Positions 41,426 to 54,086 of a stretch of 64,000 bases of DNA are shown here, piece after piece. The notes under the pieces were generated by a model, which saw nothing but the letters and a program-made list of their open reading frames with translations, did not search any database and had not been told where the DNA came from. Every line of letters begins with the position of its first letter. Position 1 is the stretch's first letter. Source of the DNA: an uncultured Solirubrobacterales bacterium (GTDB lineage: Bacteria; Actinomycetota; Thermoleophilia; Solirubrobacterales; Solirubrobacteraceae); contig CAWAZI010000002.1 of the NCBI GenBank assembly GCA_963786535.1, positions 45,499-109,498 on the forward strand. The letters are read 5' to 3'. Position numbers and translations under genes: made by a program.

Positions 41426-42610
<1,185 letters not shown>

Positions 42611-42697
42611 CACCCGCGTCTGCGCCGGGACCCCGGCAACGGCGCATTCAATTGGCAGTCCGATACGACTAACACAGCTCCGCCGGAGGGGCGAACG

Positions 42698-42740
42698 GAA
42701 GGGGCGGTTCCCCGACACGGGATCCGCCCTTTCTCTGTCG
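42698..42740 (+). terminator. Terminator/attenuator-like hairpin between tuf and rpsJ
   Basis: gaaggggcgg...ccgccctttc followed by a pyrimidine-rich run. Confidence 0.4.
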
Positions 42741-42895
42741 CCCCGGGATGCAACTGGCGGAGTTCCGCCCGCCGCCGAGCCTCGCGCGGCGCCGGGATGA
42801 AGCCGGCATGCGACCCGGCAGAGCGACAACCAAGAACACACCAGATCGACCAGCGATAAACGATACCGAGCTAGAGACGAGCACAACCGATTCCC

Positions 42896-43222
42896 ATGGC
42901 GGCAGCCACCCAAAACAAGATCCGCATCAGGCTGAAGGCCTACGACACCTCCGCGATTGAGTCCGCGGCCAAGGAGATCGTGGAGACCGCCACGCGCACC
43001 GGCGCCAGCGTGTCCGGCCCGGTTCCGCTGCCGACCGAGAAGAACGTCTACTGCGTGATTCGCTCGCCGTTCAAGGACAAGGACTCGCGCGAGCATTTCG
43101 AGATCCGCACGCACAAGCGGCTGATCGACATCCACCAGCCGACCCCCAAGACCGTCGATTCGCTTCAGCGCCTGGACCATCTGCCCGCGGGCGTCGACAT
43201 CGAGATTCGCCTCGCCACCTGA
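42896..43222 (+). CDS. rpsJ: 30S ribosomal protein S10
   Basis: [17 protein letters not shown] and RTHKRLIDI motifs. Confidence 0.97.
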   Translation: MAAATQNKIRIRLKAYDTSAIESAAKEIVETATRTGASVSGPVPLPTEKNVYCVIRSPFKDKDSREHFEIRTHKRLIDIHQPTPKTVDSLQRLDHLPAGVDIEIRLAT

Positions 43223-43225
43223 GTG

Positions 43226-43843
43226 ATGCCCGCGATCCTCGCCAAGAAGCTAGGTATGACCCAGCTCTTTCAAGAGGATGGGGCCGTCGCGCGCGTCACC
43301 GTGTTGGAGGCGGGGCCCTGCCCGGTTACGGCGATCCGCAGCGCCGAGCGAGACGGCTATGAAGCCGTCCAGCTGGCGTTCGGCCCAGCCCGCGAGAAGC
43401 ATCTGAGCAAAGCTGAGCTCGGTCACCTGAAGAAGGCCGACGCGCCGCCCATGCGCCATCTCGTGGAGTTCCGGGACGAGGCGGGCGAGCTCCAGGTCGG
43501 CGAGACCGTGACCGTCGAGTCATTCACCGTCGGCGCTCGTGTGAAGGTTGCGGGGATATCCAAGGGCAAGGGCTTTCAGGGGACGATCAAGCGTCACAAC
43601 TTCGCCAGCGGTCCCAAGTCCCATGGCTCGCACAATGTGCGCGCACCGGGCTCGATCGGTGCCTCGGCGACGCCCTCGCGCGTGCTGCGCGGGCTGCGCG
43701 GTCCCGGGCACATGGGCAGTCGCCGGGCGACCCAGAAGGGGCTCGAGGTCGTAGCGGTGGACGTGGAGAAGAACCTGCTGATGGTGCGCGGCTCGGTGCC
43801 GGGCGCGAGGGGCAGCGTGGTGGAGGTGCGCGGCGATGCTTGA
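43226..43843 (+). CDS. rplC: 50S ribosomal protein L3
   Basis: [14 protein letters not shown] and RAPGSIG motifs. Confidence 0.96.
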   Translation: MPAILAKKLGMTQLFQEDGAVARVTVLEAGPCPVTAIRSAERDGYEAVQLAFGPAREKHLSKAELGHLKKADAPPMRHLVEFRDEAGELQVGETVTVESFTVGARVKVAGISKGKGFQGTIKRHNFASGPKSHGSHNVRAPGSIGASATPSRVLRGLRGPGHMGSRRATQKGLEVVAVDVEKNLLMVRGSVPGARGSVVEVRGDA

Positions 43844-44654
43844 GGCCGGCGCCGGGACGCGCTCCCGCGCAAAGACACCTGAGGCTCCCGTGCTCGGCGC
43901 GGGCAAGACGATCAAGCTGAAGGACGACGCGTTCACCGCCCGCTGGCACGAGCCGCTGGTGCACCAGAGCGTCCGTGCCGAGCAGGCCGCGCGCCGGCGC
44001 GGGACCGCGGCCACCAAAACCCGCGGCCTGGTCTCCGGCGGCGGCGCCAAGCCCTGGCGCCAAAAGGGGACCGGCCGCGCGCGAGCGGGCTCCAACCGCT
44101 CTCCCATCTGGACCGGCGGCGGCACCGTGTTCGGACCCCACCCGCGCTCCTACACGTTCAAGGTCAACCGCAAGGAGCAGCGCGCTGCGCTGCGCAGCGC
44201 GCTGTCGCTGCACGCTCAGCGCGGCTCGATCGCGATGCTCGACGCATCGGCGTTCGCGGCGCCCAAGACCAGCGAGGCCGCCGACCTGCTCGACGACTGG
44301 GGTCAGGCGTTCCCCACGCTGGTTGTGCTCTGCACCGAGGAGCGCCACGCGGCGCTGTCATTTCGCAATCTCGCGGGCGTGGCGGTGCTGACCCACGAGA
44401 ACGTCGGCATCGCCGATCTCGTCGGCGCGGCCTCGGTCGTGTTCTCGCAGACGGCCCTCGACGCACTGATCGTGCGGACCGGTGGATCGTCCGCGGCCGA
44501 GGAGGCTCATCAGGCTCCCGGGGGGGACGTGGCCAAGCCGAAGGCGGCGAGGCCCTCCAAGTCCACGGCGGTTGCCGAGCCGACCGCCACGGCAACCGCC
44601 GGTGAAGCTGCTGCCGTCGCAGAGACTGCCGCCACTGAGGAGGCCGAGGACTGA
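43836..44654 (+). CDS. rplD: 50S ribosomal protein L4 with Ala/Glu-rich tail
   Basis: [15 protein letters not shown] and GGGTVFGP motifs. Confidence 0.96.
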   Translation: MLEAGAGTRSRAKTPEAPVLGAGKTIKLKDDAFTARWHEPLVHQSVRAEQAARRRGTAATKTRGLVSGGGAKPWRQKGTGRARAGSNRSPIWTGGGTVFGPHPRSYTFKVNRKEQRAALRSALSLHAQRGSIAMLDASAFAAPKTSEAADLLDDWGQAFPTLVVLCTEERHAALSFRNLAGVAVLTHENVGIADLVGAASVVFSQTALDALIVRTGGSSAAEEAHQAPGGDVAKPKAARPSKSTAVAEPTATATAGEAAAVAETAATEEAED

Positions 44655-44950
44655 TGGACAGCTCCCAGGTGATCATCCGTCCGGTCGTATCCGAGAAGAG
44701 CTATGTCCTCTCGGCGGCTAACCGCTACACGTTCAGGGTTCATCCCGACGCCCATAAGACACAGATTCGCCAAGCGGTGCAGGAGCTGTTCGACGTGCGG
44801 GTGGTCGAGGTGAGGACGCTCAGCGTCAAGTCCAAGCCCAAGCGCCGCGGCACCGCCCGCGGGCGCACGCGCACGTGGAAGAAGGCGATCGTGCAGTTGC
44901 GCGAGGGTGACAGCATCCCGATCTTCCATGGCCTGGCGGCCCTGGACTAA
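44654..44950 (+). CDS. rplW: 50S ribosomal protein L23
   Basis: PVVSEKS and WKKAIV motifs. Confidence 0.96.
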   Translation: MDSSQVIIRPVVSEKSYVLSAANRYTFRVHPDAHKTQIRQAVQELFDVRVVEVRTLSVKSKPKRRGTARGRTRTWKKAIVQLREGDSIPIFHGLAALD

Positions 44951-45143
44951 GGGTCCGTAGATGAATATCTTGACGTCTGAGAACATCGTTCCGCGGCACC
45001 AGCCGCCACCCCCGATGCTCGACGTGCCACCAGCACGCCTACCGATCGGAGATCAGATGCGATCTCCGATCGGCCAGCGTGCGTCGTCTGGCACTCGCGG
45101 CCCGCTCCCCTCAGCCCCCAACCTCTTCCCCTACGGACCCTAG
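44950..45143 (+). repeat. Rod-like hairpin insert with a 60-aa mini-ORF between rplW and rplB
   Basis: Outer arms agggtccgtag/ctacggaccct (11 bp); inner 13-bp arms at 45042-45054 and 45061-45073; ORF 44961..45143. Confidence 0.8.
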
Positions 45144-45155
45144 GAGCCGAGCGCA

Positions 45156-46001
45156 ATGGCCATTCGCAAGCCCAAGCCCACTAGCCCCGGACGGCGCTTC
45201 GTCTCCTATCCGGACTTCGCCGAGGTCACGAAGTCCGAGCCGGAGAAGACGCTCGTCGAGGGCCTGAAGAAGAGCGGCGGGCGCAATGTAAACGGGCGCA
45301 AGACGGCACGTCACCGCGGGGGCGGCGCCAAGCGCGCCTACCGGCGCATCGACTTCAAGCGCCGCAAGGACGACGTGCCCGCGAAGGTCGCGGCAATCGA
45401 GTACGACCCCAACCGTTCCTCCTACATCGCCCTGCTGCACTACGTGGACGGCGAGAAGCGCTACATCCTCGCGCCCCAGCGTCTGACCGTGGGAATGACC
45501 GTCGCATCCGGCGAGGACGCGGACATCACGGTCGGCAACTGTCTGCCGCTGGCGCGCATGCCCGTCGGCACGGTCGTGCACAACGTCGAGCTCCAGCCCG
45601 GTCGCGGTGGGCAGATGGCGCGCTCGGCGGGCGCCTCGGTGCAACTGATGGCGCGCGACGGCGAGATGGCGACATTGCGGCTGCCCTCCGGCGAGATGCG
45701 ACTCGTGCGCGCCGAGTGCAGGGCCACCGTGGGGACGATCGGCAACGCCGACCATCAGAACGTCAAGGTCGGTAAGGCGGGGCGCAAGCGCCACATGGGC
45801 GTGCGCCCGCAGACCCGCGGCACCGCGATGAACCCCGTCGATCATCCGCACGGCGGCGGCGAGGGTTCGACGACGGCCGGTCGTCATCCGGTCACCCCCT
45901 GGGGCGTGCCGACACTGGGGTATCGCACGCGCAAGCAGAACAAGAACTCCGACAAGTACATCGTCCGCGGCCGCAGGCGTGGGAAGGGCAAGCAAAGATG
46001 A
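45156..46001 (+). CDS. rplB: 50S ribosomal protein L2
   Basis: EYDPNRS and [17 protein letters not shown] motifs. Confidence 0.98.
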   Translation: MAIRKPKPTSPGRRFVSYPDFAEVTKSEPEKTLVEGLKKSGGRNVNGRKTARHRGGGAKRAYRRIDFKRRKDDVPAKVAAIEYDPNRSSYIALLHYVDGEKRYILAPQRLTVGMTVASGEDADITVGNCLPLARMPVGTVVHNVELQPGRGGQMARSAGASVQLMARDGEMATLRLPSGEMRLVRAECRATVGTIGNADHQNVKVGKAGRKRHMGVRPQTRGTAMNPVDHPHGGGEGSTTAGRHPVTPWGVPTLGYRTRKQNKNSDKYIVRGRRRGKGKQR

Positions 46002-46163
46002 GTAGGTCAAGCAAGAAGAGACCGTGGGTGCAGGAGCGCCACGGACACGCATGGCGGCGCAGGATCTGCGTCCTCGGTCGCTCGCGTACGCAGTACGCCA
46101 AAGCGCTCCCTCGCGTCCTAGTGCCCTGCTTGCCCTGCGTATCCGTGGAGGGGGGTCGCTGAT
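45998..46163 (+). repeat. Duplicate rpsS 5' end plus junction hairpin element, copy C (mini-ORF 45998..46162)
   Basis: 45998-46040 matches 46164-46206 at 38/43 nt; hairpin 46039-46148 carries the shared core. Confidence 0.9.
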
Positions 46164-46436
46164 ATGAGTCGCTCGAGCAAGAAGGGGCCGTGGGTGCAGG
46201 AGCGCCTGCTCGCCCGCATCGAGGCGCTGAACGCCGAGAACAACAAAAAAATGCTGCGCACCTGGTCGCGCGCGTCGACGATCTTCCCGGAGATGGTCGG
46301 TCACACGATCGCCGTGCACGACGGCAAGAAGCACGTGCCGGTGTTCATCAGCGAGTCGATGGTCGGTCATAAGCTCGGCGAGTTCGCGCCCACGCGCGTC
46401 TTCCGCGGACACGCCGGCTCGGGGAAGGTCCGCTGA
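46164..46436 (+). CDS. rpsS: 30S ribosomal protein S19
   Basis: RTWSRASTI and [13 protein letters not shown] motifs. Confidence 0.97.
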   Translation: MSRSSKKGPWVQERLLARIEALNAENNKKMLRTWSRASTIFPEMVGHTIAVHDGKKHVPVFISESMVGHKLGEFAPTRVFRGHAGSGKVR

Positions 46437-47116
46437 TGAGCGCCGAGGAGGAGAAGGGCGAGACGCTGTCCGAGGAGAGCGAGGCGGCCAAGAAACCGGC
46501 CGCCAAGAAAGCTGCCGCGAAAAAGCCTGCCAAAGCCGCGGCGAAAGGTGCGCAGGCCAAGGCGGAGGACGCGAAAGCGGCTGACGTCACCGAGGCCCAG
46601 TCCACTGAGGGCAAGGCCGACGAGGGCAAGAAACCGCCCGCTAAAAAAGCGGCCAAAGAGCCGGCGGGCAAAAACGCAACCACGAAAGAGCCGACCACCA
46701 AAGAGCCGGCAGCGAAAGAGACGACTGCGAGCGAGAGCAAAAAAGCCGCTCGTCCGGCCTCGGGCAAACCGCCCCGACGCCGGGTCGTGCGTGCGCATGC
46801 GCGCTACGTGCGCACCTCGACGCGCAAGGCCCGCATGGTGTGCGGTCACATCCGCGGCAAGACCGTTCCCGAGGCACGCGCTATCCTCGCGTTCACCCCT
46901 CGTGAGGTGGCGCGTGACTGGAGCAAGCTGCTGGAGTCGGCGGTCGCCAACGCCGAGAACAATCACGAACTGCTCGAGGAAGATCTCGTCGTGCGCGAGG
47001 CCTACGCCGACGAGGGGCCGACGATCAAGCGCTTTCGTCCGCGCGCGATGGGGCGCGCGACGCCGATTCACAAGCGCACCAGCCACCTGACGATCACCCT
47101 GACTCCGGGCTCCTAG
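46436..47116 (+). CDS. rplV: 50S ribosomal protein L22 with long Lys/Ala/Glu-rich N-terminal extension
   Basis: SAVANAENN and [13 protein letters not shown] motifs. Confidence 0.95.
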   Translation: MSAEEEKGETLSEESEAAKKPAAKKAAAKKPAKAAAKGAQAKAEDAKAADVTEAQSTEGKADEGKKPPAKKAAKEPAGKNATTKEPTTKEPAAKETTASESKKAARPASGKPPRRRVVRAHARYVRTSTRKARMVCGHIRGKTVPEARAILAFTPREVARDWSKLLESAVANAENNHELLEEDLVVREAYADEGPTIKRFRPRAMGRATPIHKRTSHLTITLTPGS

Positions 47117-47171
47117 GCAGCCCAAACCCACCACACACAGACTCAAGATCAAGAGAGAAGCAAACGGCAAA

Positions 47172-48122
47172 ATGGGACAAAAGGTTCACCCCGAGGCGAT
47201 GCGCGTCGGCTACATCCACGACTGGAAGTCGAACTGGTTCAACGAGCGCTCGTTCTCCGAGTACCTTGCCGAGGACATCCGCGTCAGGGAGCACATCGTC
47301 GGCAAGCTCGCGCATGCCGGTCTCTCGGACATCACGATCCGCAAGGACGCGAACGAACTCGAGGTCAACATCCACACCGCCCGCCCGGGCATCGTGATCG
47401 GCAAGTCCGGCACCGAAGTCGACGCGCTGCGCCGCGATCTGCATCGTTTGACCAAGAAGCAGATCAAGGTCAACATCCTCGAGATCAAGCGTCCGGAGCT
47501 CGACGCCAAGCTTGTCGCCCAGTCGATCGCCGAGCAGCTTCAGAACAGGGTGGCGTTTCGCCGCGCGATGAAGCGCGCGCTGACCAGCGCGATGCGCTCC
47601 GGCGCCAAGGGCGTGAAGGTGCAGGTCGCGGGACGTCTCGGCGGCGCGGAGATGGCGCGCACCGAAAGCTATTCCGACGGTCGCGTGCCGCTGCACACGA
47701 TGCGCGCCGACATCGACTACGGCTTCTACGAGGCGCGCACCACGTTCGGGCGCATCGGCGTGAAGTGCTGGGTGAACAAGGGCGAGATCATGCCCGAGGG
47801 GTACACCGGCGCCGACCTGACCGACATGACGGCGCCCGCGACGCCCAGCTCCGACCGCGATGGGCGTGGCGGACGCGACGGGCGTGGCGGCGACGGTCGG
47901 GGCCGTGGCGGCTCCGGTGGTGGAGGGCGCGGCGGGCGTGGTGGCGGTTCGGGCGGGGGACGTGGTCCTGGCGGATTTGGTGGACAGGGCGGCAGTCGTG
48001 GTCCCAGCGGTGGACGTGGCCAGGGCGGCGGCGGGCGTGGCCCCGGTGGCGGTGGACGCGGTCCCGGTGGTGGAGGTGGGGGACGAGGTCCTCGTTCCGG
48101 CGGCGGCGGAGGAGTGCGCTGA
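47172..48122 (+). CDS. rpsC: 30S ribosomal protein S3 with Gly/Arg-rich tail
   Basis: [15 protein letters not shown] and GRVPLHT motifs. Confidence 0.97.
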   Translation: MGQKVHPEAMRVGYIHDWKSNWFNERSFSEYLAEDIRVREHIVGKLAHAGLSDITIRKDANELEVNIHTARPGIVIGKSGTEVDALRRDLHRLTKKQIKVNILEIKRPELDAKLVAQSIAEQLQNRVAFRRAMKRALTSAMRSGAKGVKVQVAGRLGGAEMARTESYSDGRVPLHTMRADIDYGFYEARTTFGRIGVKCWVNKGEIMPEGYTGADLTDMTAPATPSSDRDGRGGRDGRGGDGRGRGGSGGGGRGGRGGGSGGGRGPGGFGGQGGSRGPSGGRGQGGGGRGPGGGGRGPGGGGGGRGPRSGGGGGVR

Positions 48123-48532
48123 TGCTCTCTCCCAAGCGTGTCAAGCACCGCAAGCAGCACCGCGGACGCCGGGGCGGCGTCTCGCGCGGGCAGGTCAAGG
48201 TCCAGTTCGGCGAGTACGGCCTGAAGGCGCTCGAGGAGGGCTGGCTCACCAACCGTCAGATCGAGGCAGCCCGCATCGCGATGACCCGCAAGATCAAGCG
48301 TGGCGGCAAGGTGTGGATCAACGTGTTCCCGGACAAGCCCGTCACCAAGAAGCCGGCCGAGACGCGCATGGGCTCCGGCAAGGGATCGCCCGAAGGCTGG
48401 GTCGCCGTGGTCAAGCCCGGTCGCGTGATGTTCGAGCTGGCCGGCGTGCCCGAGCCGCTCGCGCGCGACGCGATCCGTCTCGCCGCGCACAAGCTCCCGG
48501 TGAAATCCAAGTTCGTGCTGCGCGAGGACTGA
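48122..48532 (+). CDS. rplP: 50S ribosomal protein L16
   Basis: [11 protein letters not shown] and RMGSGKG motifs; TGATG overlap with rpsC. Confidence 0.97.
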   Translation: MLSPKRVKHRKQHRGRRGGVSRGQVKVQFGEYGLKALEEGWLTNRQIEAARIAMTRKIKRGGKVWINVFPDKPVTKKPAETRMGSGKGSPEGWVAVVKPGRVMFELAGVPEPLARDAIRLAAHKLPVKSKFVLRED

Positions 48533-48542
48533 GGACATCGCG

Positions 48543-48758
48543 ATGAACGCCAAGCAGATGAGAGACCTGGAGAGCTCCGAACTCGACAAGCAGATCGCGA
48601 CCATGCGCAAAGACCTGTTCGGTCTGCGCTTCGCGAACGCGACCGGGGAACTCGACGACACCGCCGGCATCGCACGCGCCAGGCGCGACCTCGCGCGTGC
48701 CCTCACCGTCGCGCGCGAGCGCGAGCTGGTGGCGCCCGGGCAGAGTGTGGACAGATAG
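48543..48758 (+). CDS. rpmC: 50S ribosomal protein L29
   Basis: [20 protein letters not shown]; expected position in the S10 operon. Confidence 0.93.
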   Translation: MNAKQMRDLESSELDKQIATMRKDLFGLRFANATGELDDTAGIARARRDLARALTVARERELVAPGQSVDR

Positions 48759-48774
48759 AGCAATCGAGGACGAC

Positions 48775-49383
48775 ATGGCTGACGAGCAAAACAACGAGAC
48801 TCCCGAGGAGCCCACCGAGGCCGCCGCTGAGGCGCCCACCGAGCAGGCCGACACGTCGCCCGCGGGGGTGGAGGGCTCCGCGCAGGCGGAGTCCGCAAGC
48901 CAGCTGGCGCCCAAGGAGCGCCGCCGCAAGGCGCGTTCGACGCACACCGGCGAGGCTCGCCCCACACGCTCGCCGCAGGAGCGTCACGCCGAACGGGTGG
49001 CTGAGCGCAAGACCAAGGCGGCCCGCCGCCGCACGCGTCGCCTGCAGGAACGCGCGAAGCGAGTCGCGGTACGCGATCGCGATGGTGGCGACGCATCCCC
49101 GCGTCAGCCGCTCGCGCCTGTGCACACGCAGACCGAGGGCGTGCGCAAGGTGCGTCAGGGAGTGGTCGTCTCAGACAAGGCCGACAAGACGATCACGATT
49201 CGCATCGACACCGCCCGCAGACACCGTCGCTACGAGAAGATCGTGCGCAGCTCGAGCACGTTGCACGCCCACGACGAGAACAACGACGCTCACGAGGGCG
49301 ACACCGTGCGCGTGATCGAGAGCCGCCCGCTGTCGCGCACCAAGCGGTGGCGGCTCGTGGACGTGTTGGAGCGGGCCCGATGA
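48775..49383 (+). CDS. rpsQ: 30S ribosomal protein S17 with long N-terminal extension
   Basis: [19 protein letters not shown] and RPLSRTKRW motifs; GAGG site before ATG 48775. Confidence 0.94.
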   Translation: MADEQNNETPEEPTEAAAEAPTEQADTSPAGVEGSAQAESASQLAPKERRRKARSTHTGEARPTRSPQERHAERVAERKTKAARRRTRRLQERAKRVAVRDRDGGDASPRQPLAPVHTQTEGVRKVRQGVVVSDKADKTITIRIDTARRHRRYEKIVRSSSTLHAHDENNDAHEGDTVRVIESRPLSRTKRWRLVDVLERAR

Positions 49384-49463
49384 TCAGAGATTTTCAGCTC
49401 ATGGGCGTCCGGGGGGCGGTCGTTGTCGTCATCGGGGCGGACTGGATGGAGGTCCGAGCATGA
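49380..49463 (+). other. 27-aa bridging mini-ORF between rpsQ and rplN
   Basis: ATGA overlap at both ends; [27 protein letters not shown]; arms cccgatga/tcatcggg. Confidence 0.6.
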
Positions 49464-49828
49464 TCCAGAATGAGACTCGATTGCGCGTCGCGGACAACAC
49501 GGGCGCGCGCGAGATCCTGTGCATTCGCGTCAAGGGAGGCTCCCGGCGTCGATATGCGTTCGTCGGCGACGTGATCACCGCGACGGTCAAGCAGGTCAAC
49601 CCGCAGGGCGCCGTCAAAAAGGGCGAGGTCGTAACGGCCGTCGTGGTGCGCACGAAAAAGCCGATCGGGCGCGACGACGGCACCTACATCGCCTTTGACG
49701 AGAACGCCGCTGTGATCATCGACGACCAGAACAACCCGCGCGGCACGCGCGTATTCGGACCGGTCGCGCGCGAACTGCGCGAGCGCAACTTCATGAAGAT
49801 CGTCTCGCTCGCCCCGGAGGTGCTGTGA
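49460..49828 (+). CDS. rplN: 50S ribosomal protein L14
   Basis: [15 protein letters not shown] and SLAPEVL motifs. Confidence 0.97.
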   Translation: MIQNETRLRVADNTGAREILCIRVKGGSRRRYAFVGDVITATVKQVNPQGAVKKGEVVTAVVVRTKKPIGRDDGTYIAFDENAAVIIDDQNNPRGTRVFGPVARELRERNFMKIVSLAPEVL

Positions 49829-50193
49829 TGGCTCACCGCAGATCCGCCAGCACCCCCAAGCGCCGCTCGCTGAAGATCCGCTCGGGTGATCAGGTGCGCG
49901 TTATCTCCGGTAAGGATCGCGGCAAGTCCGGCCGCGTCCTGCGCGCGGAGCCCACCACCGAGCGCATCTACGTCGAGGGCCTGAACATGATCAAGCGCCA
50001 CACCCGCCCACGGCAGGCGGCTTCGAGTGCAACCGCGGGGCAGCTTGGCGGCGTGATCGAGCGCGAGGGACCGATACATATCTCCAACGTGGTGCTGCTG
50101 GACCCCAAAGGCCGGCCGACCCGCGTACGGATCGACCGCAGCGGCGGCAAGCGTTCGCGCGTGGCCGTACGCTCCGGCGCGATCATCGACTAG
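49828..50193 (+). CDS. rplX: 50S ribosomal protein L24
   Basis: [14 protein letters not shown] and PIHISNV motifs. Confidence 0.96.
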   Translation: MAHRRSASTPKRRSLKIRSGDQVRVISGKDRGKSGRVLRAEPTTERIYVEGLNMIKRHTRPRQAASSATAGQLGGVIEREGPIHISNVVLLDPKGRPTRVRIDRSGGKRSRVAVRSGAIID

Positions 50194-50236
50194 AGCCCCG
50201 GACCGACCTGAGTCACCAAGCACGACCACCGACACC

Positions 50237-50932
50237 ATGAACGCGACAGCCCCCCCAGCCCGCCTGAAGACCCGCTACCTGGACGAGATCCGTCCGGCGT
50301 TGATTCAACGCTTCGGCTACTCCTCGCCGATGCAGGCGCCGAAGCTCGAGAAGGTCGTCCTCAACATGGGTGTCGGTATGGCCAAGCAGGACTCCAAAGC
50401 GCTGAAGGCGGCCCAGGATCAGCTGGCGACGATCGCCGGCCAGCGCCCGAGCGTGCGCCGCGCCCGCAAGTCGATCGCGGCATTCAAACTGCGCGAGGGC
50501 ATGCCCGTGGGCATCGCCGTAACGCTGCGAGCCGAGCGTGGCTACGAGTTCCTCGATCGTCTCGTCTCGATCGCGATTCCCCGCATCCGCGACTTCCGCG
50601 GCCTGAACCCGCGCTCGTTCGACGGCCGCGGCAACTACTCGCTCGGTGTCAAGGAGCAGATCATCTTTCCCGAGATCGACTACGACTCGATCGACCAGGT
50701 TCGTGGTCTGGACATCACGATCGCAACCACCGCGACCAGCGACGCCGAGGCGTTTGCCCTGCTCGAGGCGTTTGGCATGCCGTTCGCCCGTCAGGGCCGG
50801 CCCGCCGGCTTCGACGACACCGGCGGCGCCGACACAGCTGTCGCGACGGACACCGACGGCACGGACGACACCGACGATGCGGATGGCACGGACCATATCG
50901 ACGACACCGACGACACAAAGGACGCCGACTGA
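50237..50932 (+). CDS. rplE: 50S ribosomal protein L5 with Asp/Thr-rich tail
   Basis: [15 protein letters not shown] and IIFPEI motifs. Confidence 0.97.
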   Translation: MNATAPPARLKTRYLDEIRPALIQRFGYSSPMQAPKLEKVVLNMGVGMAKQDSKALKAAQDQLATIAGQRPSVRRARKSIAAFKLREGMPVGIAVTLRAERGYEFLDRLVSIAIPRIRDFRGLNPRSFDGRGNYSLGVKEQIIFPEIDYDSIDQVRGLDITIATTATSDAEAFALLEAFGMPFARQGRPAGFDDTGGADTAVATDTDGTDDTDDADGTDHIDDTDDTKDAD

Positions 50933-51117
50933 TGGCCAAGGTCTCTCTGCGCGTCAAGCAGACGCGCCCGCCCAAATTCAAAACGCGCGCCTATACTCGC
51001 TGCAATCGCTGCGGGCGCCCCCGCGCGGTCTATCGCAAGTTCGGGATCTGCCGGATCTGCTTGCGCGAGCTCGCCCACAACGGCCAGATACCGGGGATGA
51101 CGAAGTCCTCCTGGTAG
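50932..51117 (+). CDS. rpsZ: 30S ribosomal protein S14, type Z (zinc-binding)
   Basis: [19 protein letters not shown]; 61 aa. Confidence 0.95.
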   Translation: MAKVSLRVKQTRPPKFKTRAYTRCNRCGRPRAVYRKFGICRICLRELAHNGQIPGMTKSSW

Positions 51118-51160
51118 CGGCCAACCTCATCGAATCCCAACCTAGAGCAATCATCCAGCC

Positions 51161-51569
51161 ATGTCCATGACCGATCCGATAGCCGACTTCCTCACGCGGG
51201 TGCGCAACGCGATCCACGCCGCCCACGAGACGGTCGACATCCCCGCGTCCACACTCAAGTCCGAGCTCGCGCGGATCCTCGTCGAGCAGGGCTACATCGA
51301 GGCATGGTCGGTTGTCCCGGCGCCCGACGGAGGCCCGGGCCAGCTCGATTCAGATCAGGCTCAAGTACACCGACGACCGCCGCTCGGCGATCTCCGGTCT
51401 GCGGCGCGTGTCGCGTCCCGGCCGGCGCACGTATGTCGACGCCAAGCACATCCCCAAGGTGCTCGGCGGCATGGGCACGTCCATCGTCTCCACCTCCCAC
51501 GGCGTGATGACCGGCCACGACGCGCGCGCGGCCGGCGTCGGCGGCGAGGTCCTGGCGCAGGTCTGGTAA
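51161..51569 (+). CDS. rpsH: 30S ribosomal protein S8, +1 frameshift near 51347
   Basis: [12 protein letters not shown], then [15 protein letters not shown] and GGEVL in the +1 frame. Confidence 0.93.
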
Positions 51570-51585
51570 CTGAGCGGATCCAACG

Positions 51586-52119
51586 ATGTCCCGAATCGGC
51601 AGACAACCCATTGCGGTGCCCTCCGGCGTGACGGTCGCGATCGAGCCCGAGTCGGTGCGCGTCAGCGGCCCCAAAGGCGAGCTGTCCGAGCGCATCTCCC
51701 GCGACATCGACGTCGTCCAGGACGGCGAGGTGCTGCGCGTCTCGCGTCCCACCGACCGCGGCGAGCATCGCGCGCTCCATGGGCTGACTCGCTCGCTCCT
51801 GGCCAACATGGTCCAGGGTGTCACCGCCGGCTACGAGAAGCGCCTGGAGATCCAGGGGGTCGGGTATCGCGCTCAGCTGCGGGGCAAGAACCTCGAGCTC
51901 GCCGTCGGCTACTCCCACCCTGTGCCGATCCCCGCGCCCGCGGGAATCGAATTCGAAGTGCCCCAGCCGACGCGCATCGTCGTCAAGGGCATCTCCAAGC
52001 AGCTCGTCGGCGAGACCGCCGCGATCATCCGCAAGCAGCGCCCGCCCGAGCCCTACAAGGGCAAGGGCATCCGTTACGAGGGCGAGTACGTCGCGAGAAA
52101 GGTCGGCAAGCGCGCATGA
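51586..52119 (+). CDS. rplF: 50S ribosomal protein L6
   Basis: MSRIGRQPI and [10 protein letters not shown] motifs. Confidence 0.97.
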   Translation: MSRIGRQPIAVPSGVTVAIEPESVRVSGPKGELSERISRDIDVVQDGEVLRVSRPTDRGEHRALHGLTRSLLANMVQGVTAGYEKRLEIQGVGYRAQLRGKNLELAVGYSHPVPIPAPAGIEFEVPQPTRIVVKGISKQLVGETAAIIRKQRPPEPYKGKGIRYEGEYVARKVGKRA

Positions 52120-52235
52120 ACACGTATGGCGGCGCTGGATCGGCGTCCTCGATCGCTCGTGTGCAGAGCACACTTCGCTCACTCCGTCCTTGCCCAGCTT
52201 GCCCTACGTGTCCATGCGGGGAGGGGCTGGCATGA
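52114..52235 (+). repeat. Junction hairpin element, copy D (mini-ORF 52116..52235)
   Basis: Hairpin 52114-52217 with the shared core; GCATGA at both ends; the ORF overlaps the rplF stop and the rplR start. Confidence 0.9.
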
Positions 52236-52585
52236 CTGTTCTCACCAAGGAGCGCCGCCGGCTCAAACGCCGCCGCCGTGTGCGCGCCAAGATCTCCGGC
52301 ACCGCCACGCGCCCGCGCATCTCCGTGTTCCGCTCCAACCGCGGGCTCTCCGCGCAGGTCATCGACGACGTCTCCGCGCGCACGCTCGCGGCCGTCGCGT
52401 GGTTCGAGCCCGAGCTGCGCTCCCTTGGCAAAGCGCAGGCCGCCACACGCGCGGGCCAGCTGCTGGCCGAGCGAGCCACGGCCGCTGGGGTGACCGAGGC
52501 CGTGTTCGATCGCGGCGGCTACCGCTACCACGGTCACGTCCGCGCGTTCGCGCAATCCATCCGCGAGTCCGGCCTGACCGTCTGA
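52232..52585 (+). CDS. rplR: 50S ribosomal protein L18
   Basis: [10 protein letters not shown] and [10 protein letters not shown] motifs. Confidence 0.96.
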   Translation: MTVLTKERRRLKRRRRVRAKISGTATRPRISVFRSNRGLSAQVIDDVSARTLAAVAWFEPELRSLGKAQAATRAGQLLAERATAAGVTEAVFDRGGYRYHGHVRAFAQSIRESGLTV

Positions 52586-52624
52586 GGCGCCCGTCGCCAT
52601 ACCGCTACTCTCTTCCATCTGCCC

Positions 52625-53368
52625 ATGTCCATTACATCCGATCGCTCAGTCAGCCCGTCCGGCCTGGACCTCCAGGAGCGGGTCGTCGAGATCAACCGCG
52701 TCGCCAAGGTCGTCAAGGGCGGCCGGCGGTTCTCGTTCACCGCGCTGGTCGTCGTCGGTGACGAGCGCGAAACCGTCGGCGTCGGCTACGGCAAGGCCAA
52801 CGAGGTTCCGCTCGCGATCCAGAAGGGGGTCGAGCGCGCCAAGAAGGATCTCTTCAAGGTGCCCCGCCACGGCAGCACGATCACCCATCAGACGACCGGC
52901 ATCTTCGGCGCCGGTCGCGTCCTGCTGAAGCCCGCCTCTCCCGGAACCGGCGTGATCGCCGGCGGCGGCGTGCGCGCGGTGCTCGAGCTCGCCGGGATCC
53001 ACGACATCCTCTCCAAGAGCCTCGGCACGCAAAACCCGATCAACCTCGTCAAGGCCACGATCGAAGGCCTGCGCGGCCTGCGCACGCCCGAGGAGGTCGC
53101 GCGTCTGCGCGGCCTGTCGATCGACCAGGTGCTGGGCCTCGGCGGCGCACCCGCCCACGGCGCTCCCGATGCCACCGTTTCCGACATCCCCGCCGATGCG
53201 GCGGCGGATTCTACGCCGGCTGCGGAGACTGCGAGCCCCGAGGCAGCCGCCGGCACGCCGCCCGATGCGACGGAGGATCCCTCCGCGGCGCCCGCCCCAG
53301 GGGCCTCGCAGGCCGAGACGGAGACATCCGCGGACGCCGCGCCCGCGGTCGAGGAGGCCTCAGCCTGA
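52625..53368 (+). CDS. rpsE: 30S ribosomal protein S5 with acidic Ala/Pro-rich tail
   Basis: [14 protein letters not shown] and PGTGVIAGG motifs. Confidence 0.97.
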   Translation: MSITSDRSVSPSGLDLQERVVEINRVAKVVKGGRRFSFTALVVVGDERETVGVGYGKANEVPLAIQKGVERAKKDLFKVPRHGSTITHQTTGIFGAGRVLLKPASPGTGVIAGGGVRAVLELAGIHDILSKSLGTQNPINLVKATIEGLRGLRTPEEVARLRGLSIDQVLGLGGAPAHGAPDATVSDIPADAAADSTPAAETASPEAAAGTPPDATEDPSAAPAPGASQAETETSADAAPAVEEASA

Positions 53369-53568
53369 TGGCCGCCACGACCGCCGCCACCACCCTCACC
53401 GTCACCCAGCGCCGCTCCGGCAACGGCTCCGACCGCCGCCAGCTCGACACGTTGCGCTCGCTGGGCCTACGCCGCATCGGCCATACCGTCCAAGTCCAAG
53501 ACTGCCCGCAGGCGCGAGGCATGCTGCACGCGGTTCGCCACCTCGTCGAGGTCCAGGAGGGCTCATGA
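53368..53568 (+). CDS. rpmD: 50S ribosomal protein L30
   Basis: TLRSLGLRRIG and RGMLHAVRHLV motifs. Confidence 0.93.
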   Translation: MAATTAATTLTVTQRRSGNGSDRRQLDTLRSLGLRRIGHTVQVQDCPQARGMLHAVRHLVEVQEGS

Positions 53569-54086
53569 GCCCCGACGGACAGGACTCGACCGGCGACGCC
53601 GGCGCGCAGCGGATCGGACTGCACAACCTCAGCCCCGCCCCCGGCAGCCGCCGCCCGCGCAAGCGCGTCGGTCGCGGCGAAGGCTCGGGCACGGGCAAGA
53701 CCTCCGGACGCGGCCAAAAGGGCGCGGGCGCGCGCTCGGGCTCCAAGCGCCGTGCGCGCTTCGAGGGCGGCCAGATGCCGATTCACATGCGCATGCGCAA
53801 GCTTCGCGGTCCCCACATGAAGAAGTCGATGCCCTTCGAGCCCTTCCGCACGCACACCCAGCCGGTCAACATCGGCGATCTCGCCGCCCGCTTTCAGGCG
53901 GGGACCGACGTTACGATCGAGCTGCTCTCCTCGGCCGGGCTCGGCACTCGCAAGGACGTGCCCGTCAAGATCCTCGCCCGCGGTGAGCTCACCCACGCGC
54001 TCACCGTCCACGCCCACGCCTTCAGCGCCACCGCCCGTGAGCGCATCGAGGCCGCGGGCGGCGCTTGCCACACGATCGACTCCTAG
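53565..54086 (+). CDS. rplO: 50S ribosomal protein L15
   Basis: RVGRGEGSGTGKTSGRGQKG and FEGGQMP motifs. Confidence 0.96.
   Translation: MSPDGQDSTGDAGAQRIGLHNLSPAPGSRRPRKRVGRGEGSGTGKTSGRGQKGAGARSGSKRRARFEGGQMPIHMRMRKLRGPHMKKSMPFEPFRTHTQPVNIGDLAARFQAGTDVTIELLSSAGLGTRKDVPVKILARGELTHALTVHAHAFSATARERIEAAGGACHTIDS

Noticed and set aside
47850-48120. G-rich repeats as a VNTR or G-quadruplex element
   Set aside because: Explained by the Gly/Arg-coding tail of S3.
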